Virus record (IMG/VR): IMGVR_UViG_3300045988_009603
Direction: 5' to 3' (one strand)
Length of the DNA stretch: 64,000 bases
From: a virus
Taxonomy: Duplodnaviria; Heunggongvirae; Uroviricota; Caudoviricetes
Shown: in pieces, positions 56,151 through 64,000 of the stretch
Numbering within the stretch: position 1 is the first letter of the stretch
Layout of the letters: each line of letters opens with the position of its first letter
The notes under the pieces: model-generated
What the model was told of the DNA's origin: nothing
What the model saw: the letters and a program-made list of their open reading frames with translations, nothing else
Database searches by the model: none
Position numbers and translations under genes: made by a program

Positions 56151-57503
56151 TTATTCGTAAGCCACTGTACCTTTCAAGTCAACATCCAAGATAGCACCTG
56201 CTAAGATACCTGCGAAGGTAACGTCTTTCAGGATACGAGCTTTCTTGTCTGCCAAAGCAACTTGAGAGGCTTTAGGAACATTAACTGTGTAAGATGACAG
56301 GAAGTTTCTGTTAACTGCTCTTTGTAGAGAGGTTTCAATGACTTGACGAATACGGGTAATACCAGTATCATCATAAGTAATCTTACCACCCTTCTGATTA
56401 ATTAGCAAGTCTCTCAGAGAAGTTTTCAGGTCTGATTCTAACCAGTCAACACCACGGATGATGTCAATCCATTCCCCACCAGAAGTAATCCCTCTACGAA
56501 CCACTGGAACACCACCATCAAGGTCAATAAAGTTACAGTGACGTACATCTAAAGCAGACTTCTGAATACTTGTCAGAGGTCTCTGATTAGATGGCTGTAG
56601 AGAAGCAGCTACACCAGTTAACTGTGCATTACCCCAAGCAATTGAACCTGCATCATATGGAGCACCATAAGCAATGTATGCCATCTCTGGATAATCTTCT
56701 GCTGCTGTGTGATGCCACAAACAAACTGTACGAGTGTACATATTCTTAGCAAGCTGTGCTGGGACATCATTTGCACTAGCCAATTCTGTGCCTTGTAGTG
56801 CTGCTACATCAGAGTTAGCCGTGAAGAAGACTTTCTTACGAGCCTGAATCTCGGAAGCCATTGCTAAGACAAACTGTTGAGTTCTATCTTCTGCTGCAAT
56901 GAAATACCAGTCGGTAGAGTAAGTTTCGATGGCTGCCAGAGCAGTTGATGCTGTATCAGCAGTTGTACTTGCAACATATACAGTCTGTGCTGTAGTTGTT
57001 ACTTTCACAAAGTCATTATCACCAGCTTTGGTAATAATCATTGTGGCAGAACCATTGCTACCAGTTACGTTCACAGAAACCTTATCTTTGATTGTTGGGT
57101 CAGCTTCAATCTGTGTTTTAAGCTGTTGCAACACGTTTTCAGCAGTGTCTTCAGCTTGTGCTGTATACTGATATGGTTGAGAAATTCCACCGCCAGCAGC
57201 TACAGTAATTGAGTAGTCTGTACTTTCAGTAACGGCATTAGGAATTGATACAGTGTACTGCATAGCACGTCTACCAATATAAAGCTGAGTCACTTTAGGA
57301 GTCTGACTCCAAAGTTGTTTAGCAGCCTTATATGCAGCAGTATTCTCATCGAAATCTTCAGCAACTTCAGTTAAGGAAGTGTAACCACGAACTCTTTCTT
57401 CGAAATTATCTGTTGAAGCTAAGAATAGTGGTAAGCCAAAACCTTCTCTTGTAGTTCCTGCGGTGTTCAATGTAATATCTACATTAACAATTGGATTCCA
57501 CAT
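56151..57503 (-). CDS. tail sheath protein
   Basis: 450 aa; synteny sheath-tube-chaperones-tape measure. Confidence 0.55.
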   Translation of the reverse strand: MWNPIVNVDITLNTAGTTREGFGLPLFLASTDNFEERVRGYTSLTEVAEDFDENTAAYKAAKQLWSQTPKVTQLYIGRRAMQYTVSIPNAVTESTDYSITVAAGGGISQPYQYTAQAEDTAENVLQQLKTQIEADPTIKDKVSVNVTGSNGSATMIITKAGDNDFVKVTTTAQTVYVASTTADTASTALAAIETYSTDWYFIAAEDRTQQFVLAMASEIQARKKVFFTANSDVAALQGTELASANDVPAQLAKNMYTRTVCLWHHTAAEDYPEMAYIAYGAPYDAGSIAWGNAQLTGVAASLQPSNQRPLTSIQKSALDVRHCNFIDLDGGVPVVRRGITSGGEWIDIIRGVDWLESDLKTSLRDLLINQKGGKITYDDTGITRIRQVIETSLQRAVNRNFLSSYTVNVPKASQVALADKKARILKDVTFAGILAGAILDVDLKGTVAYE

Positions 57504-58103
57504 TTATTTTACCCCTTTGGAGTCTACATCTAGATGGATAGTATATTCTGGTGGCTCTTGTCCTTCTTCATAAACTAACTCGCCATCGACAATGACACGC
57601 TCAATAATACTTCCACGTTCATCTTTCAGGACTGAGTTTTTTACAAGAGTTACAACAAGAGGTGCAGAATTTTCGAAATCTGTATTGAGATAAGTGTAAT
57701 CATTTGGGGTAGCTCCAGTGTCTAGTACTGTAGCTCCTGTTTCTTCAAGGATTAAATCTCTGACTGAACTCATCTCTAATCGTTGTTTAAGCTCAAGCAT
57801 AATACTGTGAGCACCTTTACCATTCACCGTAATTAATACTGGAATCTGAAAAGCAATTCTGTAGCAAACTACATCATCCTCAACAAATTTATCAAGAACC
57901 CAACCATAAGGTGTTGCAGCATCTTGACAGTATACGGTAATAAATGGCTGGTCAGGTTTTAAACCTTTGTCATTTGAGTTATCAGAAGGGTAAGCTCTAA
58001 TTACGTTTGGTCTATTATTCTTATCACGAGCTAGTCTGTGACCAATAACATCCACTAAGGTTCTAACTAGACCTTTTTCAAGTTCTGCTGTTTCTAACTG
58101 CAT
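57504..58103 (-). CDS. putative tail completion / head-tail joining protein
   Basis: Position between capsid and sheath genes. Confidence 0.3.
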   Translation of the reverse strand: MQLETAELEKGLVRTLVDVIGHRLARDKNNRPNVIRAYPSDNSNDKGLKPDQPFITVYCQDAATPYGWVLDKFVEDDVVCYRIAFQIPVLITVNGKGAHSIMLELKQRLEMSSVRDLILEETGATVLDTGATPNDYTYLNTDFENSAPLVVTLVKNSVLKDERGSIIERVIVDGELVYEEGQEPPEYTIHLDVDSKGVK

Positions 58104-58479
58104 TCATTTTATCCCTTCTAATAATGATATATTCATAATGGGACGTATGGGCTAATTGTTGTGACCAATCCATAGTCATAAATACTTCATACTCATGACC
58201 ATCAATCATAACAATGTCAGACTCATTCCACTCTACATCATCTGAAGTTCTAAGTTTATATGTAGTATACAGGATTCTTGTATCGGTGAGTCTAATACCT
58301 TCCGGTAAAGCAATCTGTGTACCGTTCTTTACAGAACCTTTGATGTATGGCTGAATATTACCTTTGCAGTTAACCTCAACAATATCTTGTGAAGCTACCC
58401 AATCACCATCATCATTATAATAACCGTCTTCAGAGACTTTACGCTTTACTACAAAGCTGTGTCTGTTTAAGAGTCTCAT
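58078..58479 (-). CDS. putative head-tail connector protein
   Basis: Position. Confidence 0.3.
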   Translation of the reverse strand: MRLLNRHSFVVKRKVSEDGYYNDDGDWVASQDIVEVNCKGNIQPYIKGSVKNGTQIALPEGIRLTDTRILYTTYKLRTSDDVEWNESDIVMIDGHEYEVFMTMDWSQQLAHTSHYEYIIIRRDKMNAVRNSRT

Positions 58480-58958
58480 TTTTTAATACCCTTCTTAGTA
58501 GAAATTTTATAAGCAAGGTTATCCCTTAAGTCACCTGTCTCAACAAGAGGTGCATTAAAGCCTTTTTTCTTGACTGTGGAAGGTGCGTTAGGAGGGAGGA
58601 TAGCAGAATTACCAAAACCTCTTTTAATTGCCTTCTGAGCATTCTTTGCAAATACTTCTAAGGTATCTGAAGGGTCTGTGTTGAGACTGCTAAGTTGCTT
58701 ATATAGATTCTTCTTAGTCTGCTCTAACAAGGTCTGTCTGTTTAGCATCATAGTGATTTCAAACAACCTACGATATACTTTACCAGAAGCTGAGGGAACC
58801 CCAATAACTTCTTGTAAATACATTAAAGCAGGATAAGAAAAACCAGAGCTATGTTGACCTTGTTCTTGAAAATACCCAACTTGAGCATTAGCCGTTTGCA
58901 AGTTCTTCATAGCCCCGACTAATTTTGCTCTAGCGGGGTGAATAACCCTTTTAACCAT
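58476..58958 (-). CDS. putative head-tail connector protein
   Basis: Position. Confidence 0.3.
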   Translation of the reverse strand: MVKRVIHPARAKLVGAMKNLQTANAQVGYFQEQGQHSSGFSYPALMYLQEVIGVPSASGKVYRRLFEITMMLNRQTLLEQTKKNLYKQLSSLNTDPSDTLEVFAKNAQKAIKRGFGNSAILPPNAPSTVKKKGFNAPLVETGDLRDNLAYKISTKKGIKK

Positions 58959-59407
58959 TATTCATCTCGCTCGATAATAAATACGCCATTAACACGGTTG
59001 CAGTAATCTCTGCCTTCGTATCTGGCAGCATCACCATATTCTGTGTATTTCTTGACAGAGCAAGGGTTCTGACGACGCATGTCAATGTCACACTGGTTAA
59101 TACCACCTGCATAGGGTAGTCCTGAAACAGAGCTTTTAACAAGGTCATCATAAACAGCTTTCAGAGATTTGAATCTGGAAGAGTTACGTAAATAAACACC
59201 ACCAACCTTCTCATCTCCCATCTTGGCTACTTGAAAGAGTAAATATTTAAGAGCTTTGATGGCTGCTTTCTTTTCATCCTTTCCAGATTCTAGATAGAAC
59301 CACTCTAGCACAGACTGCTCAATAAGAATTTCATCATTATTGGTGTCTGTGCAGAGGATTCTTACTCTATCAAGAGGGTTATTGGCTGGGTCGCCTGTAT
59401 AACACAT
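58958..59407 (-). CDS. putative head completion protein
   Basis: Position. Confidence 0.3.
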   Translation of the reverse strand: MCYTGDPANNPLDRVRILCTDTNNDEILIEQSVLEWFYLESGKDEKKAAIKALKYLLFQVAKMGDEKVGGVYLRNSSRFKSLKAVYDDLVKSSVSGLPYAGGINQCDIDMRRQNPCSVKKYTEYGDAARYEGRDYCNRVNGVFIIERDE

Positions 59408-59427
59408 TCATAACCCTCCTAAGTTTA

Positions 59428-60534
59428 TCAGCCACCTTGAGCGTCAGCGCGAACATCTACCAGCAACTGAGGACGAGTACAGTATGGCAGCATGTAAGAG
59501 TGAGCTTCGAAGTCAATACCTTCGTCACGGTCTTTTTCGTATTCGAATACGTACAGTTCTTGACCAAGTGTATTTGCATAACCCATCTTAGGACATGGAC
59601 CATATGCAACTTCGAAGATGTTGTTTGCTTCGCCCAGCATAGAAACGTTAGGGAAAGCATGACCAACACCAACAGTGTCTGCTACGCTATCAATGCTCAC
59701 CAGAGTGTGAACCTTACCACGCTTGTCTTTGAACTTACCGTTGTACTGGACAAATTTAACACCACCGTAGTAGAAAGTGTTCATATGAGCCTGAACGCCG
59801 TCAGTACCACCAGTTCTCAGAGAACCAGTAATCTGTTGCCAAGCCAGTGGAGTCTGCTGTGCAAGATAAGCGTCACGAATCTTAGGGTGTTTAGTCAGCT
59901 TGCTGAAGAACACACGGTCAACAACTACGTGAATTTCTTCACCGTTGATTACAGTGCCGGTCTTAGCTTCATCTTCCATGTGCATACGCAGTTCTTCGAT
60001 AGAAGCGTCGATGTCAGCATTAGGGTTGTCAAGGTCGAAGTAAATAGTCTTCTTCTCAACGTCGAACTGCTTGTACAGGTCAGCATACAGCGTACCACGA
60101 GCATCGACAACTTTACCCTTCAGAGCTTGCATAAACAGGAACTCACGAGTAATATCGAACTTGGTACGAATCTTCATCAGCTTCTTAGCACGTACTACGG
60201 CTTCAGTAGTCAGTTCGTTTGCAGTGCCTGGCTGACGTACACCCTGAATTTCATCAGGAGTGATGCTTTCAACTTCTTTGAAGTACATCATTGGGAAGCT
60301 GATTTGACGAACACGCTCAGGTGCGCTAGTCTCTGCTTTACGGCTATCGCGGTCTACCGCATCAAGCAAGCTAACATCCCAATCAGTCAAGTCCATAAGG
60401 AAAGTAGTTTGGGTGATTGGTGCTGAACGGAACAGACCTAAGTTGGAAATATACCCATAAGTATTTGGGATAGACTGGACTTCACCAGTCAGGTCAGCAA
60501 GGAAAAATCTGCTTTTTTCAGAATTAGTCAACAT
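59428..60534 (-). CDS. major capsid protein
   Basis: 368 aa; downstream of protease-scaffold gene; locally higher GC consistent with a highly expressed gene. Confidence 0.6.
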   Translation of the reverse strand: MLTNSEKSRFFLADLTGEVQSIPNTYGYISNLGLFRSAPITQTTFLMDLTDWDVSLLDAVDRDSRKAETSAPERVRQISFPMMYFKEVESITPDEIQGVRQPGTANELTTEAVVRAKKLMKIRTKFDITREFLFMQALKGKVVDARGTLYADLYKQFDVEKKTIYFDLDNPNADIDASIEELRMHMEDEAKTGTVINGEEIHVVVDRVFFSKLTKHPKIRDAYLAQQTPLAWQQITGSLRTGGTDGVQAHMNTFYYGGVKFVQYNGKFKDKRGKVHTLVSIDSVADTVGVGHAFPNVSMLGEANNIFEVAYGPCPKMGYANTLGQELYVFEYEKDRDEGIDFEAHSYMLPYCTRPQLLVDVRADAQGG

Positions 60535-60567
60535 TGTAAAATTCTCCAGAATGTCTTATTATTGTTA

Positions 60568-60945
60568 TTACAGGCCAGTTGGTACGAAATCAATACCTTT
60601 AGCAGCCAGAGCTTTCTTGACGTTCTCAGCATTAACGCCAGACTCAAGAGTAAGCATGTCTTTCAGTTCTGCGTCACGGTAAATACCAACAACTTTCAAC
60701 TGACCGTGGTAAGACAGTTGCAGGTCTGAATAAAAGTTAACGATACATACAGAATCAGCCTGAGCTTCTTCCCCTGCTGCAACTTTAGTACCGTCTTCCT
60801 TAAGAACTTCACCTACACGATATTCTGTAGATGCCTGTGGAGTGTACTCTTTACGAGAGTGGCCTGTTGGGGTAACCTGTTCCCAAAGAATGATATCATT
60901 CAGAGGTTCTCTTTTACCTAACTTAGTAAAACCTTGATATGCCAT
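60568..60945 (-). CDS. putative head decoration/accessory protein
   Basis: 125 aa between protease and capsid genes. Confidence 0.3.
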   Translation of the reverse strand: MAYQGFTKLGKREPLNDIILWEQVTPTGHSRKEYTPQASTEYRVGEVLKEDGTKVAAGEEAQADSVCIVNFYSDLQLSYHGQLKVVGIYRDAELKDMLTLESGVNAENVKKALAAKGIDFVPTGL

Positions 60946-60956
60946 TATTGTGTTCC

Positions 60957-62303
60957 TTATTTGATAAGAGATTTTAGAGCATTCTGGAGAGCCAGTTTGC
61001 GTTGTTCAGCGGTGTCTTCGGAAGCATTCTTAGCTGGTTCGTTTTCTTCTTCAACCAAATCAGCTTCGCCGTCATTACCCACTTCTTCCATAGCGTTGGA
61101 ATGTTCAAGAACAGCACCAGCAGTTTCTTTCAGCTTGGTAATTTCTGATTCTTTTTGTTCCATTGCAGAAGCATGGGATGCGATAGTTTCATTAAGTCTC
61201 TGGTTAGCACCTTCCATAGCATTCATAAACAGAACACTCAGAGGGTTATCAAGACCAGCACCTAAAATAGTCGTTGCAGCTTCTTTTGCATCAAATCCAA
61301 AAGCTTCAGCAGAAGCAGAAATCTTATTAGTCAAATCTGACAAAGCAGCTTCCTGTTCTTTAGCTTTCATTTGAGCAACCTGAAGACGCAAAGCTTCTAG
61401 TTCTTGCTTTTCTTGTTCAGTCATTTCTTCACCTGAATTGTTAACGTTTAAACTTACAGGAGCCTCTTCAGAACCTTGTAAGTAATTTAAGAAATCATCT
61501 TGAGACATGATTGAGTTAATTAAACCAAGTTCAAGAGCTTCCTGAGCAGAATAAACATTCGCCTCAGTATTCTTTACAGCTTCTTCAGAGAGATTACGAG
61601 ATTCAGCTACAAAACCTGTGAAGGTCGCGTAGGTATCATTAATTCTCTTTTGAAGTCTTTCTTTGCTTTCTTCTGAAAGTGCTTGGAATGGTGAACCCAT
61701 ACCTTTAAACTCACCAGCTTTGATGACGTTAATTGTTACGCCATTCTTTTCAAATGCCTTAGTTAATTCCTGATGAACCATGATTACACCAATAGAACCA
61801 ACATCTGCATCTGGTGATGCAATAATTTCTTCAGCAGAAGATGCAAGAGCATATGCAGCGGAACAAGCGAACTCATCTACATAAGCAATAATTTTCTTTT
61901 GGCCTCTTGAAGCCATAATGTGACGTGCTAATTCAAAGCAACCTGAAGCTTCACCACCACCAGAATCAATATGCAGAACAATAGTCTTAATTGACTCATC
62001 TGCTAAAGCTTCGTCAAAGCCTCTGCGTAAACCTTCATAAGAGCTTAAACCACCTGTACACATTGCATCAATGAATGTCATACGATGAGTTAAACCACCC
62101 ATAATAGGAATAATAGCAATGTCATCTTTTACTTTTAAAAGACTTCTTGCTTCACCTTTGGGTTTATCAAAGTTTACTGCTGCTTGGACATCACCCAGCA
62201 ATCTGTTATTCACATAGGTTGCTGCTGAGTGAGCTAATGATTCAGTGGCTAGTAAAGGTTGGTTGAATAATCTATCAGCAAGTCTGAAGATATTCGAACT
62301 CAT
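60957..62303 (-). CDS. prohead protease (S49/ClpP-like) fused to scaffold-like C-terminal domain
   Basis: Peptidase region IVLHIDSGGGEASG...; C-terminal charged coiled-coil-like region. Confidence 0.55.
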   Translation of the reverse strand: MSSNIFRLADRLFNQPLLATESLAHSAATYVNNRLLGDVQAAVNFDKPKGEARSLLKVKDDIAIIPIMGGLTHRMTFIDAMCTGGLSSYEGLRRGFDEALADESIKTIVLHIDSGGGEASGCFELARHIMASRGQKKIIAYVDEFACSAAYALASSAEEIIASPDADVGSIGVIMVHQELTKAFEKNGVTINVIKAGEFKGMGSPFQALSEESKERLQKRINDTYATFTGFVAESRNLSEEAVKNTEANVYSAQEALELGLINSIMSQDDFLNYLQGSEEAPVSLNVNNSGEEMTEQEKQELEALRLQVAQMKAKEQEAALSDLTNKISASAEAFGFDAKEAATTILGAGLDNPLSVLFMNAMEGANQRLNETIASHASAMEQKESEITKLKETAGAVLEHSNAMEEVGNDGEADLVEEENEPAKNASEDTAEQRKLALQNALKSLIK

Positions 62304-62314
62304 TTTTACTCACC

Positions 62315-62647
62315 CTATTTGTTTAAATCTACAGAGACTGAAGAGATAACATAGATACCTTCTTCAGCAAAGAATTGAGGTTTGCTAAGAGCACCAGTTG
62401 CCACGCATTTATCGTTAGCATCCCACAAGCTATAGTGTGAGACCGTTGCAGAAGCTGGAACAGTAATGTTAACTGTGTCTTCTGAGGCAATTAAGCCATT
62501 ATCCGGTTCAGAAAAATAAATAGCCACTGGCTGAGTAACCTTATTTGCTGTAGGGTCTGCCGTTGGGTCTACATTGTGTAAAATAATAGTCGTTGGGGTT
62601 AGCGTGGCGAGGATTTTATTCTTACCATCAATAGTTAATGTTCCCAT
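62315..62647 (-). CDS. hypothetical head protein
   Basis: 110 aa. Confidence 0.3.
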   Translation of the reverse strand: MGTLTIDGKNKILATLTPTTIILHNVDPTADPTANKVTQPVAIYFSEPDNGLIASEDTVNITVPASATVSHYSLWDANDKCVATGALSKPQFFAEEGIYVISSVSVDLNK

Positions 62648-63147
62648 TAATTAAACCTTACTTTTTGTTTAAGGACTGTTGAATGGTTACCAGATTCATC
62701 TACCACATTTACAATCATATCATATACTTTACCTTTGACAAGTACTTTGTAATCATTTTGTGAAAAAATGTATTCAAGTCTGTTTGTTTCTTTATTAACT
62801 GTCATTGGAGATTGAAATGCAGTGTCGAGGGTAATGAAAGCGGCTTCAATGCTATTAACATTGATACGTTTATTCTCGCAGTTATATAACTTTACACCCA
62901 AAAGGCATGAACTGTCAAATGGAATTTTAACAATTTCACTACAATTTCCTGAAATAAACGGTTTTCCACTCATTGGTGCATCAAGTAACCTACAAATAGT
63001 GAAAACGTCAGAGATTCCACCATCACTAACATAACCTGAAAGGCTGACCTTTGAGCCAGCCTCTACAGATAACTTATCAGTAATGACAAGGACACCTCTA
63101 TACGAATGCACTCGTGTAGCATTTGAAATAGAGATAACTTCAGCCAT
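62647..63147 (-). CDS. hypothetical head protein
   Basis: 166 aa. Confidence 0.3.
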   Translation of the reverse strand: MAEVISISNATRVHSYRGVLVITDKLSVEAGSKVSLSGYVSDGGISDVFTICRLLDAPMSGKPFISGNCSEIVKIPFDSSCLLGVKLYNCENKRINVNSIEAAFITLDTAFQSPMTVNKETNRLEYIFSQNDYKVLVKGKVYDMIVNVVDESGNHSTVLKQKVRFN

Positions 63148-64000
63148 TATTTATTTGCCTTATTTGCTGTGCTTGGGTCTTTCGCTGAAGGTGTCTTTGC
63201 AGTACCTTCTCCAGCGGTCTTATAACCATCTCCTGAACGGCTTTGGCTATTCGGAGAAAGCTTTTCAGATACTGGCTGAGACTCATCAGCAGGAGGAAGA
63301 CCAATATGTTCTCTAAGTTTGTTAGATAGCTTTTTGTCAACTTCCAAAGCACCTACTGCAACAGTCTTCTGAATATAAGAACCAATTGCTTCAAGGTCTG
63401 GAGTTTCGATATCATCATATGTGATTTGTACATGTTCTTCATCATCCCACATATTAAGAGCATAAGTCTGTGCAACTAAGTCACGGTTGATTACGTTCTT
63501 AATTTGCTTCAGCAGAATATCTACTGACATTGCTAATAAGCTTGTCTTAGAATCTGCAAGAGAGAATGAACCATATTTTGACTGACCCATAGCAAGAACA
63601 TCTGACATAAATGCCATCATAATCTGCTTAGAATATCTGTCAATAATAGAACCTGTATCATATGCTTTAGCACCCTGTCTAGAAACTAATGAGAACTCAA
63701 AGATATCCTCTTTAGTTTCTGGGTCGATATATCTAGGCCAGATTAAACCTGCTCTGTCATTAGCAATCATATCATTAACAACAGTTTTGCAGTATTGTAC
63801 GAAAGCTTTCTTTTCAGGTTCTGCATTTTCATCCAGATAATCTGGTGGTAAACCAATCTTTGGCATACCTACTAAGTCTCTTGAAACACCAACAGCTTCA
63901 TACTCTTCAATCTGTACTTTATACTTCCACGGTACATAAGCATTAAGCAATGGTGAACGACCTTCTGGGTTACCATACTCATCGTCATACTTAAACAGCA
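63147..64000 (-). CDS. portal protein, C-terminal part (gene continues beyond window end)
   Basis: ORF open to the window edge; position upstream of protease and capsid genes; tracked Met at 63950 probably internal. Confidence 0.45.
   Translation of the reverse strand, partial: LFKYDDEYGNPEGRSPLLNAYVPWKYKVQIEEYEAVGVSRDLVGMPKIGLPPDYLDENAEPEKKAFVQYCKTVVNDMIANDRAGLIWPRYIDPETKEDIFEFSLVSRQGAKAYDTGSIIDRYSKQIMMAFMSDVLAMGQSKYGSFSLADSKTSLLAMSVDILLKQIKNVINRDLVAQTYALNMWDDEEHVQITYDDIETPDLEAIGSYIQKTVAVGALEVDKKLSNKLREHIGLPPADESQPVSEKLSPNSQSRSGDGYKTAGEGTAKTPSAKDPSTANKANK

Noticed and set aside
59437-60426. 329 aa plus-strand ORF entirely inside the major capsid gene
   Set aside because: Antisense to a well-supported structural gene in a uniformly minus-strand module; no RBS; product is a low-complexity artefact of the locally elevated GC and codon bias of the capsid gene.

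Overview
This 64 kb window reads as a contiguous piece of a lytic, contractile-tailed dsDNA phage genome with about 39-40% GC and no host genes; no tRNA genes or CRISPR arrays were found. The gene content (rIIA/rIIB, nadV plus prs, nrdA/B/D/G plus glutaredoxin, frd/td, Pol A-family polymerase, primase-helicase, ATP-dependent ligase, several homing endonucleases) resembles Felix O1-like myoviruses, but that is recollection, not a search. Layout: a minus-strand early/metabolic block (179-31151), a plus-strand replication/accessory block (31408-42754) and a minus-strand lysis/tail/head block (42792-64000, portal running off the window end). Two group I introns are supported directly by sequence: one in the DNA polymerase gene (P, Q, R, S core elements, P1 pairing, splicing restores Pol A motif B in frame) and one in nrdD, each carrying an HNH homing endonuclease ORF. 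The most unexplained structure is a four-copy composite repeat family (T-rich palindromic box, C-depleted GGT-rich tract, conserved-loop hairpin with covarying stems) bracketing a promoter/terminator-delimited two-gene cassette of unknown function at 37.5-39.2 kb. Other points of interest are a TARG1-like macro domain protein beside the nadV-prs NAD+ salvage pair, a -1 frameshift site in the tail assembly chaperone, and a triplicated module in the long tail fibre. All functional calls are from motif recognition by eye; no database search or folding was run.
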